NCBI RefSeq assembly: GCF_902713615.1
Contig: NC_052152.1
Location: 95,372,053 to 95,436,052, forward strand
Source: Scyliorhinus canicula
Taxonomy: Eukaryota
Length of the DNA: 64,000 nt
Reading direction: 5' to 3'
Part shown: positions 23,500 to 36,189 of the stretch, piece after piece
Layout of the letters: each line of letters opens with the position of its first letter
How positions within the stretch are numbered: the stretch's first letter is position 1
The notes under the pieces: model-generated
Databases searched by the model: none
Told to the model about the DNA's origin: nothing
What the model saw: only the letters and a program-made list of their open reading frames with translations
Made by a program: the position numbers and the translations under genes

Positions 23500-25590
23500 G
23501 GACTGACCCCTGAACTCTTACCCCTTGCCCAGCTACCCGCCAAGAAAATAAGGGCATTAGAACAGCTAGGCAAACAAAAACATTCAAATTTATCAAAATA
23601 TTAGTCTTCCACCAACCCCAACCCACCACCAACGCCAATGTCTCTTATCCATCACCATCAGCCACGTTCCAGTCCTTCTGCTTGAACAAATGCCTCCACC
23701 ACTTCCACCATCTCCAAATAAAGGTCTCTCCCATTGCTCGTGACCCTCAACTTCGCCTGGTAGACCACTCCAAAGCGCACATCTGCCTTGTACCGTGCTA
23801 CCTTGGCTTTATTGAAGGGAGCTCTCCTTTGCACCAAATCCACGTGAGATCCTGTTAAATTCAAATTGCAGTGCATTCCCACTTCATCTCCCGCGTCTGC
23901 TTGGCCCACCTCAACACCTTCTCCTTCGCCTGGTGTTGCACGTTTTACTTGAGTGTATTACGCGTTTATTGGAGTGTATTAACACGCCTCCGTTTAAAGG
24001 CCGTGTGCTTAACACTACTACAGCTCTGTGTATGTAATTCTGCTCGGAGTCGCCAGGTGCCGTATTTAGACACCTCACAAGTATATCAAGGTCAGGTTCA
24101 AAGTAATAAAACTGTACACCAATTAGTAAGTTCAAACGATTGATATTTATTATAACAAATATAATAAATACGCATGCATACGCTAAAGACTAATACTTAT
24201 TTCTACTATTAAACGACTAAATACTTATCTAAGTAGGAACCAGCAAGGTCAGGGGACAAGGCCTTTGTTCCTTTCTGGACTGCACCTTCTGTTCACTAAT
24301 AGTCGGCAAGAGTATAAGCAATGCCTGGGTCACGTAGCGAGCGTTGTTTTGGCACTTACTGAACGATGGCTGATGCTCAACGGCCGGTGATGAAAGACAT
24401 GATCTGGAGGCTGGGGTCGGAGTCAGGATGCAACAGCCTAGGCCGGAATCTGGAAGCAACAGACCAAATCATGTGCTTGACCTTCTTTTTATAGGTCCTA
24501 GAGGTCCGTGCCCCTTGGGGCGGGCTCTTTTACCTGCTAGGTATCGATTGGGTCTTCTCCCAATCGATATTTTCCAAACCCCCCAATCTGAGGGTCGCTT
24601 CTCGATGGGTGGGGCGGTTTCTATGGTGCTTTGTGATGGATACTTATGGTGCCGTTTCGTCTGGGCGTCCACTCAAAGTATCCATTCAAACCCAAATGTT
24701 TCTATTGTGTGGGCCTAGATCTGGATCACCTCATCACTATGCAAATCGTTGTTGCCATTTACACCTTTAGCTGAGATCCTGCACCTGGCCATAAACTGGT
24801 TTCTGTACGTGCAGAATGCTAATTAGCCTTCTGCAAACTGCTTGTCCTTGCTAAGACTGTTTTCTCCCTGCAGCCTTAGCAGTTCTCCATGTTGTAGCCC
24901 AGTGTCCATCTTAGGTGGCTACACTGGTAGCTATGAAAGCACACGATCACCACTCTTGCTGGCTTATTCACCCTCTGGCTTATTCACCTCCACACCCTCT
25001 GGTAGCCCCACAATCTGCAAGTTCTGACTCCGAGACCAGTTCTCAAGGTCCTCCACCTTTGTTCCCTGCTCCGATCCTCCAACTTGGCCATTTCAACTTC
25101 AAGTGAGGCAAGTTTGTCACTGTGCCTCGACAGTGCCTCCTCTGCCCCTTTCAATGCCTCGCCCTGCTCTCACACTGTCTCTGATCTTCTTCCGAGCATC
25201 TCCCTTATTTGTCCCAGCAAGTCTTCCACCGAATGCTTGAGGAACTCCGGCATCTTCCCTCCTTGCCCCTCAAAGTGTTTATTGAATTGCCGTTTGAACT
25301 CCAACGCCATTAGCCCTGTCAATGTATCCACTGTTATATAGGTGGCCACTCCCGGCCCACTCGCCTCCGCCATCTTCCCTGCCCACTCAGCCTTCATTGT
25401 GCTTGAACATCCTGACAGACTACTGCTTGAATCCTTCTTCCCCTGATCTTTTTGCCGGTTCATGGCCATCCCCCACCAACTATTCTTGACGTGGACAACT
25501 TTTCATGCAATTTTTCCCCCCAAAAATGGGTGAAAAGGGCCTAAAACTCAGGACTCTGGCGGGAACAACACAATGTGCAACCTCCTCCTA
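23500..25590 (-). mobile_element. L1/Tx1-type LINE 5' region (ORF1 remnant) interrupted by a solo LTR
   Basis: Coiled-coil-like MALEFKRQFNKHF..; ORF1 C-terminus RRAPFNKAK..VRFGVVYQAKLRVT; sequence continuous across the LTR TSD. Confidence 0.6.
23934..24923 (-). repeat. solo LTR (990 bp) of the same ERV-like lineage as 4233-5138
   Basis: Minus strand TGTAGCCACCTAAGATGG...GTGCAACA; 4-bp TSD CTGG (23930-23933 and 24924-24927); TATA, GTAAGT, AATAAA and CCTGGCGACTC motifs in the same order as the other LTR. Confidence 0.85.
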
Positions 25591-25599
25591 CATGCCTGA

Positions 25600-26340
25600 A
25601 GTCCCTAAGCCTCAAGTTTGTTAACCAGCCTTTTATGTGGCACTTTCTTAAGCACTTTCTTTACATATCTTAAAATATCAACAACATTCATTGCATCAAA
25701 AAATTAAATTAGATCAGTCAAGGCCACTCTGTCTTTTATAAATTCATGCTGGTTCTGCTTAGTTAACTCAAACCTTTACATTTGCATGTTTTCTTTCCCC
25801 CTGATTATTATTTCGAACACCTTATCCACCACTGAGCAGCTGGTAGTTGTTCAGAATATCCTTATCACCTTTTCTTGAATAAGTGTGTTATATTTGACAT
25901 TCTCCAATCTTCTGCTACCTTCCCAGTATCCAGGGAAGATTAGAAGATTATGACAAGTTGTTCCACTCTCTCTATACCAGTTCCTTTAGCATCCTGAGAT
26001 GTAAGCCAGGTGATTTATCCACTCTATGCATAATGCATAACCAGCCTTCCAGTACCGCCTGCCTCTCAATTTTCACCACATCCATTACTTCTCCCATCTC
26101 CACTTCTATTGATGTTTTGTTTGCATCCTCTCCCTTAGTAAATACCAATACAAAGCAAGCATTAAGTATTCTAGCCTGTCCTGTGCCCTCTCTGTCCCTA
26201 ATAGGACTCACTGTATCTCTTGCTACCTGCTTACACTTTGCAAGAATTTGGGGTTACTTTTATGTTAACTGCCATTCTATTTCCACATTCTCTTTTTGCA
26301 GCCTTATTTTCCTCTTCATTTCCCCTTCAAAATCCTGGCG
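25600..26340 (-). mobile_element. old CR1 ORF2 fragment
   Basis: ILNACFVLVFTKGED..VDKSPGLHLRMLKEL, the CR1 region upstream of RT. Confidence 0.65.
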
Positions 26341-27946
26341 TGGGACTTGAACTTATAGCCCTCTAAAACTCTGCTTCTAACTGAGCCACAGCTGACAGGG
26401 AAGGGTGGTTGGTGGGGTGTTGGACAGTGTGGGGTGTTGGCAGGGAGAGGGAGTGTGGGCAGTTGAGGTGGGTAAGATTATTTGCGTGGGATCGGGTTTG
26501 CTGGGAGGGGAGATTGTGGGCTGGATGTAGAAGCATTTCTCATTCTCCTGGCCCACAAGCAGTGCTGTAAAGGCTGTCCTTCCTTGTCCTCTGCAGCTGA
26601 TCTTACCTCTCTGCAGCTGCAGAGTTTCCTGATAGCTGGAAAACCTGCAGGCAGGTTTAACATTTTTAGCATTTCAACATTTGACCCAACACATAAGCCT
26701 ACTGATTTTGGATGCTAAAGTTCATCTCACTGTTTCTTTAATGAGCTGGCCACACAGGCAACATATGCATGAGGAGAAATGCATACAGAACTTATTTTAC
26801 TCAGGCATTGCTGATGTAATATGAAATAATTGCACTCATTTATTTACCAACATTTAATAAAGTGACATATGTAATAATATCTACATAATAGTTTTCATTC
26901 TGATACGCATTTTAACAATGGCACTTCCTATGTAATGACACACAGCCTTCTCCAATGTTTTCACACCTATTATTTGGCTTACAAAATCATCACTGTAGAT
27001 TCTTATTGTACTGTGACCTGAGATTCAAGTCATTTTCTTTCTGACAGAAGGGACTTGATGTATCATTTTTAGCCTATCTTCAGGAATTATCGTTACCAAA
27101 TGACAGAAATTTGTCCGTAGGTTATTCTTTCTGAAGGCTACTATATAAGAGACGTATGTTCGCTTTATTCATGCCTATCTGTCTCTTGGTAAAAGTATAG
27201 TCTCTGGTTTTGCCCAGGGCTTGTGAGTTGATATAGTTAGTGAAGCGATCCTGAATTTCCAATCAATGCAATGTGGCAGGAGACAGTCTCATTGCTGACA
27301 ACAGCCAGTTGTCACAGAAACCTGTCTAGTGCAGGTAAAAAGGATGGCATTCTGGAGTCTAGGATATAATTAAGGAGGTAGGCCTTAACTGTCACCTTGG
27401 CAACAGTTAGTGCTTGTACCAAGAAGATTTTCTCACATTGTCATTATGCAACATTTGGATTGATATCACCAGTCAACAATCATGCAGCACTTTAATATCA
27501 TCAGTCTGAAGGGATGCCACTTTTCATTAAAAAGGTTGACCTTATGGAATTTGTACAAAAATACATCTTTTTGCTATCTCTGAAGTATTTGGCTGTATTT
27601 TAGCCTCCACCCTGCACTTTTACCGGGCATACTTTCAGCAGACGGTGCATACATCGGGGTGGACAACCCATTGTCTTCCTGCCCACCCCTGACCTGGTCC
27701 CTAAAATATGGAGTGGGTGAGGCATCCAGTGGGCCGGCAACCCAAAAGCCTACTGAGGTCCTTAACCTCCCAGTTATTAGGTAGTTAAGGTCCTAAGTCT
27801 GCCTCCACTGCCATAATATGTGGGGCAGCGAGTAGTGGAGCAGAGTGGGCATGGGAGAGAGGGAAAGGTTTGCCTTCTTTAGAGGGTGTCCTGTGCACTT
27901 TGGGGAATCCCCCCACTCCCCCTTTGTTCTTCCCTGCCTGGCCTCA

Positions 27947-28467
27947 NNNNNNNNNNNNNNNNNNNNNNNNNNNNNNNNNNNNNNNNNNNNNNNNNNNNNN
28001 NNNNNNNNNNNNNNNNNNNNNNNNNNNNNNNNNNNNNNNNNNNNNNNNNNNNNNNNNNNNNNNNNNNNNNNNNNNNNNNNNNNNNNNNNNNNNNNNNNNN
28101 NNNNNNNNNNNNNNNNNNNNNNNNNNNNNNNNNNNNNNNNNNNNNNNNNNNNNNNNNNNNNNNNNNNNNNNNNNNNNNNNNNNNNNNNNNNNNNNNNNNN
28201 NNNNNNNNNNNNNNNNNNNNNNNNNNNNNNNNNNNNNNNNNNNNNNNNNNNNNNNNNNNNNNNNNNNNNNNNNNNNNNNNNNNNNNNNNNNNNNNNNNNN
28301 NNNNNNNNNNNNNNNNNNNNNNNNNNNNNNNNNNNNNNNNNNNNNNNNNNNNNNNNNNNNNNNNNNNNNNNNNNNNNNNNNNNNNNNNNNNNNNNNNNNN
28401 NNNNNNNNNNNNNNNNNNNNNNNNNNNNNNNNNNNNNNNNNNNNNNNNNNNNNNNNNNNNNNNNNNN
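27947..28467. other. assembly gap (521 N)
   Basis: Run of N. Confidence 1.
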
Positions 28468-29066
28468 AGCTGTGAAGCCACAGTGCTAATCACTAGAGCT
28501 ACAGTGCTGCCCTAAAGTACGACTGCTTTTTGAAGTGCGATTTCTAATCTTTTTCTTTTTCTGGCTGGTTGGATAAAAACGTGGCCCTGCTCCAGGCAAC
28601 AGGAAAAGTGTCCAGACTGCTGCAATACACACAACTTTGTATTCCACCAAGTGGGATGAAGACAGAGACTCCATCCCGTGACAATTTCCTGTTCTGAAAC
28701 AATAACGGCAGCAGACAGGAACTGATAGAGTTTCTTTGGAATATACAGCCAGCGAGGTACTTCAAGGGCCGAACCAGGCAGGTGATTGGAGAAAAACAAC
28801 AACGTTGCACAGCCCATGGGCCGTTTGAAGTTGTGTGCTCTTGCACTCTGTGTCTCCCTCTCTCTTTTGGGTGTGCCGTGTGCAATTTGCAAATTGACAA
28901 TCCTGAGAAACTGACTGTGGACTGCTATAATTTTTTTTAAATCATGGAAATCTGCTCCATACAATCATACAAATGTATGATTCCAGGATATGGATGTATG
29001 CACCAGGATTTGCATGCTCTGGCTCCAATGGCCAATTGGGTCACATGACCTTCGAGGACTTGTCCC

Positions 29067-29445
29067 TGTGGTACAATCATAACTATTCGCATTACAAGAG
29101 TTAATGTAGTACCATGAATAGCCACTAGAGGGAGCTACAAATAGCACTATATATAGCAGTGATGCCAGACCTTAGGGGAGGAGTAAGCAGGAGAAAGCTA
29201 GAGCAAGGTCATCAGAGCAGTTAGTGTGAGAAGGTTCGATTAAAGTTATACCAGTGAGTGAGATTAGCAGTAGATGAGTGTAGTTCAATGTTATTGATCA
29301 ATTCTGTATTCTAAAATGACTAAGTGTCGAAACCCAGTTTAGTACTGTAAATAAAATCATAGCTTTGTTTAAATAAAAGCTATATTTTGGTCTTTGTGGA
29401 ACACTATGCAATCCATCCTAAATAAGCAAAACCAAGAACACTACA
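29067..29445 (+). repeat. 5' LTR of a Gypsy element (start 29067 or 29105), followed by a PBS
   Basis: TGT...ACTACA, TATATA box, AATAAA, then TGGCACCAG at 29446 and gag ATG at 29573. Confidence 0.7.
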
Positions 29446-29572
29446 TGGCACCAGGGGTAAATCCCTTGACAGAAACTGTAATTAGATTAGTGTAGATTAG
29501 CATTGGAGATTGAAGAAAGCAATCCAGAAGCTACATCTTTTTAAAAAATCTATAGTAAAGACTGATCAGACG

Positions 29573-30420
29573 ATGGAAGGTCTCAAGAAGCCTGACCACT
29601 TCAAGACACACGGTCAACTATACCAGAACTGAGGCAACATGGTGGCGCAGTGGGTTAGCCTGCAGCTTCATGGCGCCGAGGTCCCAGGTTCGATCCTGGC
29701 TCTGGGTCACTGTCCATGTGGAGTTTGCACATTCTCCCCGTGTTTGCGTGGGTTTCGCCCCCACAACCCAAAGATGTGCATGCTAGGTGGATTCAACACG
29801 CTAAATTGCCCCTTAATTGGAAAAAATTAATTGGGTACTCTAAATTTTTTTTTTAAACTATACCAGAACTGGGCTTTCTTTCAGCAACAGTTCGAAGTAT
29901 TTATTTCAGCCTCCGCGCTAGAAAATGCATCAGACCAGCGTAAGATAGCTCTCCTACTAAATTTACCTGGACTGCAAACATTGGAGTTATTCAATTAGTT
30001 TGAATTCAGTGCAGATGAGGAGAAAAATAAATACAACATGGTGCTAAAGAGATGTCTGTTTGTGAAAAGATTCTATGAGCGGTACATGTTAAACAAACTG
30101 CTGCAGTTCAAGAGGAGAGTTTGTAGATTCAGAAGTCACAGATCTTAAGCTCCGAGCGCAGTCTGGTAATTTTGCCTCAGCCTCCAAGTCTGTGCTGCAG
30201 GACCAAGTCGGAATTAACAGTGAACGGCTGTGCGAGAAAATGTTGAGAAAATTGGTGTTGTCAATTGAAGATGCTATAAATATGTGTAAAGCCAGCGAGC
30301 AGGCATCCAGTGAATATGCCGAATTCGTGGCTAAGGAAAAGAACGCAAAATCGATAAACGTGGCTGACGCCATTGATGCTGTGTCGCAGCAAGAAAACTG
30401 TGTACAATGGCCGGTGGCCA
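29573..30420 (+). pseudogene. gag: Gypsy gag remnant
   Basis: MEGLKKPDHFK..NWAFFQQQFEVFISAS..RKIALLL..LQDQVGINSERLCEKML..LSIEDAINMCKASE. Confidence 0.75.
29632..29855 (+). mobile_element. short V-SINE-like SINE with 16-bp TSD inserted in gag
   Basis: TSD AACTATACCAGAACTG at 29616-29631 and 29856-29871; A box TGGCGCAGTGG, B box GGTTCGATCC. Confidence 0.9.
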
Positions 30421-30844
30421 TTTTGATTGTGACATCACAAGTGTAATGACCACAGTCCCCTTAAAGGGGCACGCTGCCACACACATCCTCTCTAAATTTT
30501 CTAAAGACCCTGTCACAAGTGTGGAGCGGCAGAATAGGGGAGTAATTTCACCCTCCACACATGGTGGTCACAAAATGCAAGATCGAGGATGTTAAGTTAT
30601 GCCAAAAAGGAAAGCAGCTGCAAGAAGAGAGACCTCCAATCATTGATTACCCTGGGAGGAGAGTAGGCCTCAGAATGGTCATGTTATTTTGAAAGCCCCT
30701 CACAGAAGGACGCAGATTAATTAATTGTAAACCTGAAACACAACATTGGACCTGGGCATCGAAGAGATAAAAATGGCTGTTAAAGTGCTAGTTTTTCCAT
30801 GTGGATCATTCCACAATGCTGAAGGCACATATCCATTTATTACG

Positions 30845-32200
30845 AAAGGGAAAATGCTGGAAAATCTCAGCAAGTCTGGCAGCATCTGTAGGGAGAGAAA
30901 AGAGCTAACGTTTCGAGTCCAATGACTCTTTGTCAAAGTACAGCTCAGCTTTGACAAAGAGTCATCGAACTCGAAACGTTAGCTCTTTTAAACGTTAGCG
31001 GACTTCATTTTAACAGACATAGAGAGTGGGAAATATTTATACTGTGGAGTGAGAATGAAAGATGAGTCATAGCCACAGAAACCCAGGGAAACTAGGTGCT
31101 AATGGCCATAGAAACCAAGGGGAAAGAGTGTTAATGGCAGTCCCCAGAGAGGACAAAAGATGTGAAAGGTCAAACAGCAGGGAAACTAACATCAGAGGAT
31201 GAACTGTAGGTGTGGGGGGGAGGGGAAGGGGGAAGCAAAGAGGAGAAAGGTGCAGGAAAGAAAGAAATGGTAAAAGACAGTTAAAATGAAATGAAAACAA
31301 ATGGGTCGAGGTGGGGCTGATCATCTGAAGTTGTTGAATTCGATGTTCAGGCCGAAAGGTTGTAGCGTGCCTAACCGGAAGATGAGATGTTGTTCCTCCA
31401 GTTTGCGTTGTGCTTCACTGGAACATTGCAGCAGGCCAAGAACAGACATGTGGGCACGGGAGCAGGGTCTTTTGTTAAAATGGCAAGCAATAGGAAGGTC
31501 AGGATCCTGAATGAGCACAGACCGAAGATGCTCAGCAAAGCGATCACCCAGTCTGCGTTTGGTCTCTCCGATATAGAGGAGACCACATTGGGAGCAGTGA
31601 ATGCAATAGACCAGATTGAAAGAGGTGCAAGTGAAACACTGCTTAACCTGGAATGAGTGTTTTGGGCCTGGGATGTTAAGCATGGAAGAGGTAAAGGGGC
31701 AGGTGTTACACCTTCTGCGATTGCATGGGTGATGGGAGAGGTACTGGGTATGGTGGAGGAGTGGACTAGATTGTCTCGAGGGAACGGTCTCTATGGAATG
31801 CTGACAGAGGGAGTGAAGGGAAGATGTGTTTGGTGGTGGCTTCACGCTGGAGTTGGCGAAAATGGCGGAGGATTATGCTTTGCATACGGAGGCTGGTGGG
31901 ATGAAATGTGAGAACGAGGGGGACTCTATCCTTGTTCTTGGAGGGAGTGGAGGAGGCGAGGGTAGTGGCGTGGGAGATGGACCGCACACTGTTGAGGGCC
32001 CTGTCCACAACTGTAGGTGGGAAATCACGGTCGAGGAAGAAGGAACACATTTTCGAAGCCCCATTTTGGAAAGTGGCATCATCGGAACAAATGCGACGGA
32101 GGCGAAGGAGTTGAGAGAAAGGGATGGAGTCCTTACAGGGTGTAGGGTGTGAAGAGCTGTAGTCCAGATAGCTGTGGGAGTCAGTGGGCTTGTAGTGGAT
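30845..32200 (-). mobile_element. Penelope-like element (RT thumb region, GIY-YIG endonuclease, pLTR)
   Basis: PCNRRRCNTC..FTCTSFNLVYCIHCSQCGLLYIGETKRRLGDRFAEH..LGTLQPFGLN; SIPFSQLLRLRRICS. Confidence 0.9.
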
Positions 32201-32639
32201 CCATTTATCATTCGATGATCCATTTGTGTTAGGATCAATGTGCCTGATATTATTGGAGAAGATTGTGCTAGAACTCTTAAAGCCAATGAATTCCTCAGAG
32301 CATTTGATTCAATCATTTTTAAGCTTGTCCATAACAACATAGTGTGAACATTCTATAAGCAGGCTGAAGCAATGTTATTTAAAGTGACCCTTGCCTGAGT
32401 TAAAGAGACCTGGATACTTATTTTGCTGTTTGGTGGGGAGTTTTAGAATCATGCTTTGGTCAAGTTTATGAAGCATTCAATAAGCTGTTGGAGAGCTGAC
32501 TTTTGATTGCACTCTACTCAGTCACTTCACTGCCTGCAGGAGTGCCGGGACAGATGGGAATATCACTGTGATTGCTTCGGATGCAGCCACATGGTGGGGA
32601 TGGTGGGGGTGAGAGTGGGGGGGGGGGGGGGGGGGGGGG

Positions 32640-33260
32640 GTTGCGGTGTTGAACAAGCAGGCCAGCAATGACTGTGGAGTGTCAAAGAAGAGACCAAAAG
32701 AGGCAAGGGCCAAAAAAGCCGATATCAAGTCCCCAAACAGGATATCTTACCTCAACATGACAGAGGGGCAGTGTCTGAGGGGGCTGCACTTCTCCAAGTA
32801 CACAATCATTCATCTGTGGCACCTGTTGCAGCAGGAATTGGAGTCAAACTCCAATGGGCACACAAACAGCAAGCCCAGGACTGTGGTGGTGCGAGTCATC
32901 CATAACCTCTATGCCACAGGCTCATTCTAGGCTGCAATACGTGGCATAAGCAACATTGGCATATGATCATTAGCAGATGATGGAAGGAGACAGCAGTACA
33001 TTTCCTTACTCACAGAGGCTGACAATCAAGAAGAGAGAGTTCACAGATTTCCCCATATTACTTTGTAACTTTAAGTGCAATCCATCATTGAATGCACACA
33101 CATTGCTCTGTATTGTACCCATCAAGAATCAGTCAGGTCTTAAAGCAGGAAGGCATTTCACTCACTGAACGTTCCGCTAGTGTGTCACCAGGGGCAGTTT
33201 ATGTAGGTCAATGCCCAATACGTTAGCAGTAATCAGATTATTTCATATTTTGCGGACAGT
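32640..33260 (+). pseudogene. highly decayed Harbinger transposase
   Basis: YLNMTEGQCLRGLHFSK..IHLWHLLQ..LYATGSF, homologous to the N-terminal half of 44516-45772. Confidence 0.6.
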
Positions 33261-33959
33261 CGAATGACTCTCGGAATCTACCTGTGGATGGCAGGCTGGT
33301 TTAATGAGATATCCTGTCTGTATAAAACTGAAAGATCAATATCAGATGGACATTCGGCCTACTGTTCTGAACACTGAACTTTATAAGATGTTTAAGTTTT
33401 AAAATGTTTTCTTAATTTAAGGTAAACCAGAATGTTCTGGATGTTGGAGTTGGTGATCATAGTAACTTTGCCCAGAGGCAGGCTCATGCAATCTGGTTGT
33501 CATGAGGAAGGAAACCTAAACCAAAACCTATTGACAGATTTACCTTGACACAAAACGAGGGATAGCTGCTTTTCAGACATAGAGATAACAGAGACACAGC
33601 GACATGGACAGAGCGAGACAGAAGCAGCTGCTGTTATATAACTATCCAGGAGGCCCAAGAAGGTGAGTTAACTGGAGTTGATTTAAGCTTAAGGAAATGG
33701 CCACTACAGCGACAAACAACACAATAGGTCCTGGTCGGGGCTAACAGAAGTGCCGGTCCAATTCCGAGCTGGCTTTTAAAGTGTAAGATCATGAGTGATA
33801 TCTGAGCGGGCCTCCACCCACTAGTAGGGAAGCTTGTATTCCCATGGGGAAATTATCTCTGTGGGCCTCATAAGGGTGTTACATCCTCACACACCCCCTC
33901 TGCCCACCAAGTCCAATGGTCCCCCTCAAGTGGCTCACTGAGGGAGCCTTCTTTGCCCC

Positions 33960-36185
33960 TTCTCATGAGTCTGTGCCTCTGTGGGGGCCGGTCAGGGGCC
34001 TATTGATTGCCTCCTCCGTGTTGAATGACAGAGGGTAACTACCAACGTCTCTCTGGCTGTGATGTTGTCCAGAAGTGCTGATGTGTCCGTGTCCATGTCC
34101 AAGGCCCTGTGGGATCATCATTGTATAGCTGGCCCTGACGCTAGTCCATGATGGGCTGTGCCTCCTAACTGTAGGACGGCACAAAGGGCGGCAGAAGTAC
34201 TGATATGTCTGGCGTTGTATCCCCTGGAGGTAAGTTCCCTGCCATTGAGGTGGTCCATTTGCTTCCGTACTGTCTTCTCCCTGATTCTGAATATGTTTGA
34301 AACCAGCTCCGTTTTCGCTATCGTGACTCCTGGGACCCACTGAGCACTGTCCCAGAAATTGTGGATGTGTATGGTGTCCCCTGGTTTGAATTCTATACCA
34401 GGTGCCAGGTTGAGGTATTTTCTCTGAAGGCCTTGCTTCATCTCTACTTTCCAACCAAGACACGGGAATGTTGGACTCAGGCGGGTCCGGAGGTGTCGGC
34501 CCATCTGTAGCTCCGCCGGTGATACCCTGGTTGTGTTAAGCGGCATAGTCCCGTAATGGAGCAAGAATCGTGGCAACTCTGTTTCGAGGGAGACCATGTT
34601 CTGCTTCCTCATGCTGTGCTTGAGCATTTGAGCCAGATACTCTGCCAAACAATTCAAGGATGAATGGTATGGAGCAGTCCCGATGTGCTTTACCCCATTG
34701 GCACACATGAATGTCTGGAATTCCTCACTGGTGAACAGGGCCCGTTGTCTGTGGCAAGTACCTCTGGTATTCATCGGTGCTAAATAATTGGCATAGTTTA
34801 TCCATGCTGCTCCTCAAGGTAGTAGTGTGCATCAGCTGTACGTCCACAAGGACCAGAAACATCAATCCCATGAACAGCCCAGCGAAGTTGGTGTGCAAGT
34901 GCACTCAGGGGCGCCCTGGCCATTCACAGGTGTGGAGCAAGGCCAACGGGGCCAGCTTCTGGTGTTTGTGGCATACCGAATACTGTTTTACCACACTCTC
35001 AATGTCGCTATCAAGTCCAGGCCAACACACATAGCTCCTAAGAGCATCTTCATTTTCGAGGTATCAGGGTGTCCACTAAGTAGATCCTGCAGAATCATGC
35101 ATTGACGCAGCAGACCACACTAGCTCCCCACAGGAGGATATCATCCTCCACTAAGCTCCTGGTGCTTCGAGAGGTAGAGCTGCAACTCCTCAGTGGGGCT
35201 TCCTTGCAGGTCAATGTTGCATAGTTTCACCAATGTGGGGTCTCTCTGAGTCCACCTGCAGATCTGTGGGGCTGTCACAGGCAGAGTGGCCATAAGGTTC
35301 ACAGTCACCACAACTTTGTCCGTTATTGGTGGAGAGTGGGGACTCATGGCAACGGGAGTTGACTGATAGCTATCTGTACTTTTGGGCGATGTTCAAACGT
35401 ATATTCATAAGCCACTAATAGCAACGCTAGCGGCTCTTGGCTATCGGAGGAATTCCCTCATCCTCCTTGAAGGCTTATGGTCAGTGATAATTTTTAAAAT
35501 CGTGCCCGTCGAATGCACTGGTGGAACCTTTTCACCGGGTATATCACGGCCAATCCTTCTTTCTTTATATGCACTCTGCATCAGCCAAGGTCCTGGACGC
35601 ATATGTTATTGGGCGTTCCTTACTATCATTCCACTGGTGGACCAACACTGCCCATTGCTGTACAGGGAGGTGTTGTATATGAGGACGAGTGACCTTGAAG
35701 GGTTGTAGTGTGTCAATAGCTGAGAGAACAGCAACTGTCACTTTACTCTGGCAAACGCTTCCTCTTGTGGCTCTCCCCATGCCCATTTTTGGTTCTTTCT
35801 CAGCAGTGCGTGCAGGGATGCCAATTGGATGGCCAAGTTTGGTATCAACTACACATAGTATTTCCTGAGCCCCAGAAACAACTTCAGCCCTGTCATGTTA
35901 TCAAGTGTCGCTGCCCCTTTATGGCCTGGACCTTATCCTCTACTGGGTGCAAGCCATTCTCATCCATGTGATGTCCCAGATACGTAACCGCCTTTGCCTA
36001 GAACACGCACTTGCTTCTCTTCAGGCTGACACCCTCTTTAGAGAGCCGCCTGAGGCCCTCTTCCAGTCATACAGGTGTTCCTTCTCAGTGGCTTCTGAAA
36101 TGAGCAAACCGTCAGGGTATACCACTACTCTGCACAGTCCCTGGAAGATGCCTACCATTATCCTATGAAGATTTGCACATGCGGA
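33960..36185 (-). mobile_element. decayed Gypsy pol (RT-RH-IN)
   Basis: VVVYPDGLLI; ERPITYASRTL; WPGLD; HLHTNFAG; FTSEEFQTFMCANGVKHIGTAPYHSSLN; SPAELQMGRHLRTRL. Confidence 0.8.
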
Positions 36186-36189
36186 TAAG

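Noticed and set aside
27845-28515. ~200-aa ORFs in the ORF track
   Set aside because: Artefacts of the N gap.
28512-28964. 150-aa minus-strand ORF as a host exon
   Set aside because: No recognisable domain, and it runs into a SINE next to the gap.
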